Below, piece by piece: positions 26,204 through 34,571 of a DNA stretch of 64,000 nt. Each line of letters begins with the position of its first letter. The first letter of the stretch is position 1. This stretch comes from Candidatus Fermentibacterota bacterium (GTDB taxonomy: Bacteria > JAFGKV01). The DNA lies in NCBI GenBank assembly GCA_016928395.1, contig JAFGKV010000114.1, forward strand, positions 16,525 to 80,524, in the 5' to 3' direction. Made by a program: the position numbers and the translations under genes. The notes beneath the pieces are model-generated. The model was not told where the DNA came from. It was given only the letters and a program-made list of their open reading frames with translations, and did not search any database.

Positions 26204-27798
26204 GGCTCCTCCTTATCCTCTGAGTTACCCGCGGACTTCGACCGGTTTGAACCCGTAGGCAGCGGGGGTTCACGGTGGGCATACGTGGTCTTGATCATCG
26301 CATCAAGGTAGGCACGGGGATCTTTGCATGCCGCGAGGCCAAGTCGCAGGCTCCTCTTACCCGCCAACTGCAGGCCGTACTCCAAGTCCGCGAACCGCTC
26401 CTGGCAGAATGCCTTGACATCCTGACCATCCTGCGTTGCGCGGTCAATGATCCAGCGACGAGCCGGGGGAGTAATATCGATTCGGATCCCGGTGCGTTCC
26501 CGAAACTGGCTCGCAAAGACCTCAAGCAGCCCTTTCACCAGCACCTGCCGAAGATCTCCCTCGGGATCAAGAACTGTGTCCTTCGTCACCACGACCCGGG
26601 GAATTCCGGAACCGGGGATTCCATGCTCGAAGGGCAGTAGGCATCGCTCCAGAATCGACTTCAGGCCCCGAGCGCCAGTCCCCTCGGCGGACGCACGATG
26701 GGCGATCTCCCGGTATGCATCATCGGCAAACTCCAGGGTTACCCCATAGGATGCGAAGTCCCGTATCTTGCCTTGCGTGAGTGGGCTCAGCGGAGTCCTG
26801 AGGATCTCCAGGAGCTTATCTTCATCCAACGGGTGGAACACCACGACGATGGGAAGCCTGCCGATGAACTCCGGTTCAAACCCGTACGCGATAAGGTCTT
26901 CAGAGCGAACCTGGGAGAGAATCCAAAACGGATTCTCAAACTTCGCCTCTTCAGTAGACTCGAAGCCGATGACCCGTTTGCGCAGGCGACGGCGTATGAT
27001 ATCGTCCAGCCCGACAAACGCACCGCTCATGATGAAGAGTATGTTGCGGGTGTTAATCTTCTTCCGGTGTACGCGGCCCGTGCGCTGGGCCTCCATCATC
27101 GCCTCCATCTGACTGGCCAGATCGAATGGCGCCCGCAGATCGACTTCCGTCTCCTCCATGAGCTTCAGCAGGTTCCGCTGCACACCCGTACGGGACACAT
27201 CCGGTCCCTGTGTGACACCACTGGCCGCGATTTTGTCGATTTCGTCAAGATAGATGATCCCATGCTCCGCCAGAGAAACCATACCGTTGGCCTGGTGGGC
27301 CAGATCCCGGACCAACTGCTCGACATCGCCACCCACGTACCCGGTCTCGCTGAACTTGGTGGCGTCACCCTTGACGAACGGCACCCCCAGTTCTTCGGCA
27401 ATCAGCCTGACGATGTAGGTCTTGCCCACACCCGTCGGGCCGATCATGAGCATATTCGCCTTCACCTCCCCCACGAGACGCCGCTCAGCAGAGGCCGATT
27501 CCCAGGCTACCCTGTGAAAATGCGTACAGACCTTCGTTGCCATGGCCCTGGTAGCCTCGCCCTGCCCGATGACGAACTGCCGGAGACTGCCTTCCAGGCC
27601 GGCAGGCAACACGTCGAACCGAATCCTCTGGGGTTCATCCTCCGGCTCCTCCGCCTTCGGTGGCGCCGGACGCGCCGCAGGCATCATGACCTTCACACCG
27701 TACTGGTCACCGATAAAGCCCTGCAGCTTCTCCTGGAGTTTCTCCAGGACACGCTCGAAGCCCTCGGCACCCTCTTCCCTTGTCGTCTCGTCACTCAT
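26200..27798 (-). CDS. ClpX/HslU-family AAA+ ATPase (ClpX-like unfoldase without Zn-finger N-domain, extended termini)
   Basis: Walker A MLMIGPTGVGKTYIV. ClpX-like GDATKFSETGYVGGDVEQLV. Walker B GIIYLDEIDKIA. Sensor VQRNLLKLMEET. No CxxC zinc-binding N-domain. About 110 aa N- and 150 aa C-terminal extensions. Start chosen at MSDETTREE after GGAAGGA. Confidence 0.65.
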   Translation of the reverse strand: MSDETTREEGAEGFERVLEKLQEKLQGFIGDQYGVKVMMPAARPAPPKAEEPEDEPQRIRFDVLPAGLEGSLRQFVIGQGEATRAMATKVCTHFHRVAWESASAERRLVGEVKANMLMIGPTGVGKTYIVRLIAEELGVPFVKGDATKFSETGYVGGDVEQLVRDLAHQANGMVSLAEHGIIYLDEIDKIAASGVTQGPDVSRTGVQRNLLKLMEETEVDLRAPFDLASQMEAMMEAQRTGRVHRKKINTRNILFIMSGAFVGLDDIIRRRLRKRVIGFESTEEAKFENPFWILSQVRSEDLIAYGFEPEFIGRLPIVVVFHPLDEDKLLEILRTPLSPLTQGKIRDFASYGVTLEFADDAYREIAHRASAEGTGARGLKSILERCLLPFEHGIPGSGIPRVVVTKDTVLDPEGDLRQVLVKGLLEVFASQFRERTGIRIDITPPARRWIIDRATQDGQDVKAFCQERFADLEYGLQLAGKRSLRLGLAACKDPRAYLDAMIKTTYAHREPPLPTGSNRSKSAGNSEDKEEP

Positions 27799-28289
27799 CT
27801 GCATCCTTCCTATGGCGAGCCCGTGGCATGGGCACAATCGTAGCGGCCGCACTCAGAAGGCATGCGTTCTCCACCCGAGACGCTGCGATGCGTGCCACGC
27901 CCGCCTGTTCCTGCCCAGGCCCACGTTCTCAATCTGCCTACCCATTGTCAGGCCAAGCGGTTCCGTGGCATGCGCCCTGGGAGGGAAGGGCCTTCGGATG
28001 GCAGGTTGCCCGCTTCACTGGCAGTCAGGGTCCGGGGACGCCGTCTCTCCTAGTTTCACTCACGGAATGCGGTATCACCGGGCCCGGCTCCTCTCCCGCG
28101 CCAGCGGCCGCGGCGTGAGGGCCACATCTAACACCAGCAGGTCATTCTCGTCAGCATTACCGGCAGTTGGATTCGCTTCCGGGTGGCTTGACGGAGAGGC
28201 ACCCGTTGCCCTGCTTGCGTGTCACGTACGAACTACCCTTGATGGAGGGTCATGGCACCCTCGTCTGCGGGCATTCACGCCGGGCCTCA

Positions 28290-29378
28290 ATGGAGTGGAG
28301 CGTTTCCATGAGATGCGCATTCGCAGCGATGAGTACTCTCCTTCTTGCCTTCGAAGCCTCGCCGGCCGATACACCGCTGGTGTACCGCAAGATGTGGGAG
28401 CCGAAGCAGCGGGCCTTTTCCTTTCTCGCACCTGACGGTTGGAAGGTCGAAGGAGGCATGTTCTACATCGACCCCATGCAGACGAATGGCCCGGGCAATA
28501 CGATGGAACCAAAATGCGATATGCTGATCAAGAAGGACGATGTGGGAACCGTGATGCTTCACTGGGTCCCCAGCTACAACTACGCCGACCTCCGGGCGCC
28601 GCAATTCGCCATGGGAGCAGGGTACTTTCCATGGGGCTCATACTACCAGGGCATGCTGGTCAAGCCGCTGCCCACGGTGGACGAATTCCTTGAAGAGGTC
28701 TTCGCCTACTACCATCCGCAGGTCAGGGACGCGAAGACAGTGGATCGCAAGAGCCTCCCCGAGTTGATCGCCTACGAGCGGAAGGTCTACGAGCCCTCTG
28801 AGATACTCGCTCGTCAGATGGGATACCCCGGCGTCGGCATAGACGCGGGCATGCTCGTCAAGGAGTACTCTGAAAGCGGCGTCGGCTACACCGAGGCACT
28901 GGCCTGCGCCATCATCGACCTGCGCTGGACCGGGGCCATGTGGACAAATCAGTACACCCTTCGGCTCCGTTCGCCCGCAACCGAAGCGGACCGGTGGCGC
29001 CCGGTGCTTGACCATATCAGACAATCCACCACGGTGAACCCCCAGTGGCTCGCCCAGGTGCAGCGAGCCGTAGCGCAGCGCGGGGAGAGCTGGAGGGAGA
29101 CCCAACGCCATCTCAACAGGATCGACCAGGAGATATGGGAGCACCGAGCGCAGACCCATGCCGAGATCCGGCATGAGGACTACCTGTTCCTCAGCGGCCA
29201 GGAGGAGTATGTCAATCCGTTCACCAAAGAGGTTGAGCAGGACACGAATGCGTACACATGCCGCTGGACCAATGGATCGGGCGACATGATCTACTCCGAT
29301 GATGACCGGTATGACCCCAACAAGGTCCGCGAGTTGAACCATGTGGAATGGAAGCTGACCCCCGTGAGGCCTCGATAG
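28290..29378 (+). CDS. Hypothetical exported protein (~360 aa)
   Basis: Internal Met with signal-like MRCAFAAMSTLLLAFEASPA. No recognisable motif. ORF begins at 28167. Confidence 0.4.
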   Translation: MEWSVSMRCAFAAMSTLLLAFEASPADTPLVYRKMWEPKQRAFSFLAPDGWKVEGGMFYIDPMQTNGPGNTMEPKCDMLIKKDDVGTVMLHWVPSYNYADLRAPQFAMGAGYFPWGSYYQGMLVKPLPTVDEFLEEVFAYYHPQVRDAKTVDRKSLPELIAYERKVYEPSEILARQMGYPGVGIDAGMLVKEYSESGVGYTEALACAIIDLRWTGAMWTNQYTLRLRSPATEADRWRPVLDHIRQSTTVNPQWLAQVQRAVAQRGESWRETQRHLNRIDQEIWEHRAQTHAEIRHEDYLFLSGQEEYVNPFTKEVEQDTNAYTCRWTNGSGDMIYSDDDRYDPNKVRELNHVEWKLTPVRPR

Positions 29379-29387
29379 GAGGATGGC

Positions 29388-29813
29388 ATGAGACCCGAGT
29401 TCTTCGCTTTGCTGACCGCCATCGCCTGGGGAGTCGGCGGCTACTTCGAGAAGAAGGGACTGCACGCGGGGAACCTGTCGCCACAGGTCGGCATCACCCT
29501 GCGCACTGCCGTAGCTTTGGTGGTTCTGGGCTTCATCAGTGCGTCCCAGTGGAAGTCTCTTGCCCACGCCGGCACCAAAGCTCTAGTCCTGATGATCGTC
29601 GGAGGCGGGATCGTGGCGGGCAGCGTCGGCATGCTGTGCTTCTATGCCGCCATCAAGGGCGCACCCTTGAGCCGGGTCATGCCCATCGCCTTCACCTCTC
29701 CCCTCTTCGGGGCGCTGATGGGGTTCGCGCTGGGCGGCGAAGCATTCACCCTTCGGGCCGTCATGGGCATTGCCATGACCGTGGGAGGCATCGCGCTGCT
29801 GACGGCCCGATAG
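29388..29813 (+). CDS. Small EamA/DMT-type 4-TM transporter
   Basis: 141 aa with four hydrophobic helices and Gly-rich segments (IVGGGIVAGSVGMLCFYAAIKGAP; MGFALGGEAFTLRAVMGIAMTVGGIALL), resembling half-size EamA (DUF6) domains. Confidence 0.5.
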   Translation: MRPEFFALLTAIAWGVGGYFEKKGLHAGNLSPQVGITLRTAVALVVLGFISASQWKSLAHAGTKALVLMIVGGGIVAGSVGMLCFYAAIKGAPLSRVMPIAFTSPLFGALMGFALGGEAFTLRAVMGIAMTVGGIALLTAR

Positions 29814-29853
29814 CGCACAGAAGCGCGTGCCAGGGCTGATGTCCATGCATCCG

Positions 29854-29879
29854 GGACTATTCTACTAGTAGAATAGTCC
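29854..29879. promoter_or_regulatory. Perfect 26-nt AT-rich palindrome GGACTATTCTACTAGTAGAATAGTCC between convergent genes (bidirectional terminator or protein-binding site)
   Basis: Read directly. The first 13 nt are the exact reverse complement of the last 13 nt. Local AT content is far above the genome background. Confidence 0.4.
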
Positions 29880-30063
29880 TCCATCACGAGATTCCGGCTC
29901 ACAACCGCAAGCAAAGCGCTGTAGGAGGGCCTTCAGGCCCGACGCATCTCGCTGTTCAGGCCCGGCATCCAGCAATGCTGGATCAGGCGCCATACAATGC
30001 GACGCAACCGTGGGGAGCACGACCTGGCCGGAATCACCCCTTTCGATCGAACTCCGGCGAGTC

Positions 30064-31668
30064 TCAGGGTGGTAAGGGTATGCCGAACTCACGCTCGCCG
30101 GCGCGGTGTGACCTGGCCATTTCCCATCCCTGCCCCTGCATCGCCATGACCAGATACGACCATTCATCCCCCGGGTCGGCCACGCCCTGGACCGTGGACC
30201 ACGTCGTGGTGCCGCCCGGCACCACTGCCACGCGAAAGAGGAAGTCCGACGCTGCACCGGGAAGGAAGTACGCATCGTTGGCGGCCCCGAAGATCCAGTA
30301 GTGGTCTGAACCGGGGAGGTCGTTCCATGACAACTCCACGGTCGCGCCCATGAAGCGGGCCGAGAGGAAGAGCCGCGCTCCCGCAGGGAAGGCCCCCATG
30401 TCGGCGGCCGTCCCGTCGGGGTCGGCCGGGGAGGAGGGATCCCCCGCATTGATGCAGGGGGAGGGGAAATCCAGGTGAAAGTCACCGCTCGCGGGATCCA
30501 TGAACACCGGGTCGAGGAGGAGATTGCCGTACACATCACATGAGTCACCGTTGGCATTGACGAACGCCACAACGCCAAACCCAGGAGGAGGAGTGCCCGC
30601 GATCATCGCTCCTTCGTTGCCCCACACATCAGAGTAGCCGATGCCGGCCTGGCAGTACCCCTCCAGAGAAAAAACACTCCCAGCTTCGTTCCCCTCGATG
30701 ATGCAGTCGGTAACAACGATCGAGCCATCCATCAGCACAATGGCCCCGCCCGAGCTTACATTCCGTACGATGGTGGCGCGCTCGAGCTGAAGGACGGTGT
30801 AGGCCGACGAGATCGCTCCTCCCCACACCGCCGCCTGGTTGCCCGTGAGAAGGACACAAGACATAGTGACCTCGTCGCTGCTGGTGAAACTGGCGCCGGC
30901 GCCGAAGGGGCTACTGTTGTCTCTGATTATCGTGAACTCGATCCTCGCCCGCGCGGCGCCGACATAGATGCCGCCGCCATCACCACTCGAATTGCCACAA
31001 ATGGTACATCCCGCAATGAGCGGTGATGCCTCTCCCTCGACTGCGATTCCTCCCCCAGGACCCACCGCCACATTGTCGTGGATGAGGCATCCCTCAATCC
31101 GCGGCGTGCTGCCGCCATCGACATAGATCGCGCCCCCCGAACCAGCGGTATTGGCGAAGAACTCGCAGTCACGGAGGAGTGGGGCGCCGCCCTCGGCGTA
31201 GAACCCGGCGCCGTGGTTCCCCGCGTAGTTGGCGGTGAACACCATCTCTTCTAGCGTCGGTGAAGATCCAAGGCAGCGGACCCCGCCGCCGGAGCACCAG
31301 GGTCACGTGCCCGATGCGTGGCCGTTGCGGATCGTGAAACCCCGGATCACCGTGGTCGTGTCGACACCGCTGTACACGCCGAGAACCTGCTCCTCCCCTC
31401 CCCCATCCAGAATCGTCAACTGGGGGCCGTGGGTGCTCATGAGCTTGATCCCCTGCTTCATGAGAGGCCAGACTATGTTCTCAGGGTACACACCGGGAGC
31501 AACCAAAATGGTGTCGTACGACAGGGCGTACCACAGCGCAATGTCGATCTCATCGTGGTCACCGGGCACGTTGATGACGCGACCGTGAACAACGCCGCAT
31601 ACGGCCATGACGCCCAGAGAACACACCGTGATACTCTGTCGTATCCCTGCACGGTAGCGGCTGCGCAT
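30064..31668 (-). pseudogene. Exported right-handed parallel beta-helix (PbH1) repeat protein interrupted by an in-frame TGA (~31248)
   Basis: ORFs 31303..31722 (signal MRSRYRAGIRQSITVCSLGVMAVCGVVHG ...FTIRNGHASGT*) and 30064..31245 are in the SAME frame, separated only by TGA. Translation reads through as ...GHASGT*PWCSGGGVRCLGSSPTLEEMVFTANYAGNHGAGFYAEGG..., which continues the beta-helix repeat pattern (GGAIYVDGG..., GGGIAVEG..., GGGIYVG...). Confidence 0.55.
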
Positions 31669-32029
31669 CGTACGAACGACTCGGCAGCAAAAGCTATTCG
31701 GCGGCTGCCGCATGGCCGGCATCCTCCCCCTGAAGTCGGAGACGGAAGCGACCCCACTCTCCCAGCGATACGATCACGTGGCCGTTGCGTCGCATTGCTT
31801 CGTCCCACACCCCCCGCTCCACCCACAGGGTAAGCGGGGGACTGGGCACAAACATGAACTTCTCAGGGTTGGGTGGCGCAACCGGCAGACCTACCGGCAT
31901 CTCTATCGCCCCTCATCACCCCACGACGACGAAGCGCTTCTCGATGGTGAGTACACCACCGTGACTGCCAATCCAGCCCTTGAGCCATTCAGACTCGATG
32001 CACGCGGTGGGAGAGAGCATGAAGGATGA

Positions 32030-32563
32030 CTAGAGCGAGAGACGCACCACGGCCCCCAGCGTCACCGTGTCGGTGTCGATGTCTTCCTCCGTGTAGTGCA
32101 TGTTCCACTTCTCGATACGGTAGTTGGCATTGATATCCAGACATATCTTCGGCAGAATCTCCAGATCAACGCCGACCCGCAGTGGGAAGAAGGGATTCGG
32201 CGCCCATTCATCCCCCGCGCGGTAAATGCCTACGCCGATTCCTCCGTAGATCATGGGACCGACGAGGATCATGGCCTGGGGACCCCAGACGCGGTAGCCC
32301 GATTCGGCCGCGCCGTAGGTCTCGGGCATGATCAGAATATCCGCTTCGAAGGTGACGAGCGGATTGGAGGAGTACTGATACGAGAGGATCCACGAGACAC
32401 CATTGTCTTTGATGGAGGCTCCTTCGAGGGTCTCGACGTCGATCTCGTCGATGGTCTTCCAGTAGTGCAGCCCAGCCCCAATCTTGTGATGGCCCTGGGC
32501 ATGCGCGGGCGTGATCAACACGACAACAGCGAGCCACGCTGCAACACCGATCGTCCTGCTCAT
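32030..32563 (-). CDS. Small outer-membrane beta-barrel protein (OmpW/OmpA-like 8-strand type)
   Basis: Signal AAWLAVVVLITPAHAQG. Alternating hydrophobic strands. C-terminal ...GAVVRLSL. Confidence 0.45.
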   Translation of the reverse strand: MSRTIGVAAWLAVVVLITPAHAQGHHKIGAGLHYWKTIDEIDVETLEGASIKDNGVSWILSYQYSSNPLVTFEADILIMPETYGAAESGYRVWGPQAMILVGPMIYGGIGVGIYRAGDEWAPNPFFPLRVGVDLEILPKICLDINANYRIEKWNMHYTEEDIDTDTVTLGAVVRLSL

Positions 32564-32928
32564 CCATTCCTCCTGGTGAGAGATTCAGAGAAGATCGCCA
32601 ATCCGCCGCCGCCGTCAAGCCGGAGGCTTCTACGTGGTTGGCTCACGCCCCTCGTTCTTTCCCCACAGGGTACGTTCGAAGAGGACAACACAGCGGGAGA
32701 ATGAAGGATGAGAGGAAAGGTTGACCCGCGGCATCACACGGCACCCACAGGGGAGAACCGGGAGAGGAGAAATCGCTGAGGCAGAGATGAAGGAACTCAA
32801 GACAGCGAGCTTCGAAGAGCAAAGTGGCGAACGTCAAGAACGGAATGTGAACGCTTCATCCCAGCCTAAAGCGCTACGCCGTGTGACACGCATCCCCCAA
32901 CCGCAGACTGTGTCACACGGTCAGACAC

Positions 32929-33017
32929 TGGCGGAGGGGGTGGGATTCGAACCCACGGACCCCAGAGGGGTCAACGGTTTTCGAGACCGCCCCGTTCAAC
33001 CGCTCCGGCACCCCTCC
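32929..33017 (-). tRNA. tRNA-Ser (anticodon CGA), class II with long variable arm
   Basis: Reverse complement reads GGAGGGGTGCCGGAGCGGTTGAACGGGGCGGTCTCGAAAACCGTTGACCCCTCTGGGGTCCGTGGGTTCGAATCCCACCCCCTCCGCCA. Acceptor GGAGGGG/CCCCTCC. Anticodon loop CTCGAAA. T-loop GGTTCGAATCC. CCA encoded. Confidence 0.8.
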
Positions 33018-33486
33018 GCTTGGCTTCCTCACGCATCTGGGAGAAGAAGCGGCGCATCAACGCTTCAACCTCCTCCCCCATCGCGCCTGTTCGCACGGTC
33101 AGCCTACCGGCCACACGCGCGTACGCAATCACGTCTATCGTCGACCCGCAGGCGCCCATGGTCGGATCGACAGCACCATACACGAGAGTACCGACTCTCG
33201 CCAGCAACGCGGCCCCTGCGCACATGGCGCACGGTTCCAGCGTCACGTACAGCGTCGCGCCGGGCATTCGCCAAGAACCAAGGGCAGACCCCGCGGCTCC
33301 CAAGGCAATGATCTCGGCATGGGCAGTCGGATCACACAGTGACTCACACTGGTTGTGCCCCCGACCTACAATGAGGCCATCGTGCACGACAACGGCACCC
33401 ACCGGAACCTCTCCTTCCCTGCGGGCGCACTCCGCCTCTCGGAACGCCTCACGCATCCATCTCGTATCAGAGGATGAGTCGTTCAC
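32971..33486 (-). CDS. tadA: tRNA-specific adenosine-34 deaminase TadA
   Basis: CDA-fold zinc motifs HAEIIAL and PCAMCAGA. The ORF has no stop until it has run about 45 nt into tRNA-Ser, so the true 3' end is uncertain. Confidence 0.8.
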   Translation of the reverse strand: MNDSSSDTRWMREAFREAECARREGEVPVGAVVVHDGLIVGRGHNQCESLCDPTAHAEIIALGAAGSALGSWRMPGATLYVTLEPCAMCAGAALLARVGTLVYGAVDPTMGACGSTIDVIAYARVAGRLTVRTGAMGEEVEALMRRFFSQMREEAKRRGAGAVERGGLENR

Positions 33487-33524
33487 GGGCGGGATCCGAG
33501 AGACGAAGGGAAGGTCAGGCAGGC

Positions 33525-33601
33525 TGGTACGCCCAGGAGGAGTCGAACCCCCAGCCTTCTGGTCCGTAGCCAGACGCTCTGTCCAGTTGAGCTATGGGCG
33601 C
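33525..33601 (-). tRNA. tRNA-Arg (anticodon ACG)
   Basis: Reverse complement GCGCCCATAGCTCAACTGGACAGAGCGTCTGGCTACGGACCAGAAGGCTGGGGGTTCGACTCCTCCTGGGCGTACCA. Anticodon stem TCTGG/CCAGA. Loop CTACGGA. T-loop GGTTCGACTCC. CCA encoded. Confidence 0.8.
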
Positions 33602-33686
33602 ACGAAGAATGCGAGAGCAATGTGCGGCAATGAAGCCTGTCTGTCAACACCTCAATCTCCATACCGGATGATGCTGTACAGAGTAC

Positions 33687-34388
33687 CTAGACAGGGTGAA
33701 GACTGCTCCGCCCACTGGGCCGCACGCAGCCGGGTATCGGATCCTCGCCTGCGCAGCGCAAACCATTCTGCCCGGAACCCAGGCCGCGGGTGGTCACGAG
33801 CCTTCCGACAGTTTCCCTGATCTGGGCGGCGATTACCCGCCCCTCGGCCGCCGCATTCACTACCACGGCATTGGGAATCCTGGCGACCCATTCAAGGTAC
33901 ATCCTGCGGACGATCACGAGGTAGTCGAGCCGCTCAAAAGGGTCCGCAGAGCGATGCTTCCGAATGCGGGCCAACGCCGCGTTGGGTTCGATATCGAAGA
34001 GAAACGTCACATCGGCCAGCGGTGAGAATCTGATGCAACGTCTCAGGATCTCCTCAGGGTCGAGGCCCAGTGCCCCCTGGTACGCCACCGAAGAAAGGTA
34101 GTGACGATCCAACAGCACCACGACTCCCTGGGCCAGAAGGGGCCGTATGACCGACCGTGCCTGTTCTCGCCTGTCCCGGAGGAAAAGGGCAAGCTCCGTC
34201 TCCGGTGATAGCCGGCGATGGGCATGGGTCGCCCTTCGAAGCATCCGTCCCGCCAGTGAGTCCGAGGGTTGTGCTAACATGGCGCAGCGGGCACCCTGCT
34301 CGGCAAGCCAGCCGGCCAGCATCTCCCGCTGGGTGCTCTTGCCCGAGCCATCGATACCCTCGAAGACAACCAGGATTCCTCTATCCAT
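33687..34388 (-). CDS. tmk: Thymidylate kinase
   Basis: MDRGILVVFEGIDGSGKSTQ P-loop typical of dTMP kinase. DRH-type lid region (VLLDRHYLSSVAYQG). Confidence 0.8.
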   Translation of the reverse strand: MDRGILVVFEGIDGSGKSTQREMLAGWLAEQGARCAMLAQPSDSLAGRMLRRATHAHRRLSPETELALFLRDRREQARSVIRPLLAQGVVVLLDRHYLSSVAYQGALGLDPEEILRRCIRFSPLADVTFLFDIEPNAALARIRKHRSADPFERLDYLVIVRRMYLEWVARIPNAVVVNAAAEGRVIAAQIRETVGRLVTTRGLGSGQNGLRCAGEDPIPGCVRPSGRSSLHPV

Positions 34389-34571
34389 GATACGTTCCCA
34401 TTTCGCCAATGCTTCTCATCATCACCGCGCATGAATCGAGCCGCCAATGTACCCGCCAGCCGCATGGTGACAAGGGTCACCGCAGAGGGGTTGACGACTG
34501 GCCATGGGCCGCCGACATTGGTGGTTTCGCATCGGCCAACGTTCACTCATCTGGAACGAGTGAGGTACTCC

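Noticed and set aside
26698-27843. 381-aa ORF on the plus strand
   Set aside because: It lies entirely antisense to the well-supported ClpX-like gene and has no motifs. This is a typical long antisense ORF in GC-rich DNA. The same applies to 8400..9275(-), 20844..21623(+), 16899..17645(+), 39838..40314(+), 61909..62904(-) and 62901..63674(-).
31245-31303. Frameshift between the two beta-helix ORFs
   Set aside because: Checked codon by codon: both ORFs are in the same frame. The break is a single in-frame TGA, not a frameshift.
32971-33030. Treating the tadA/tRNA-Ser overlap as proof of mis-assembly
   Set aside because: The TadA conserved C-terminal helix ends before the tRNA, and the extra codons may simply be read-through to the first available stop. 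Cannot decide without reads.
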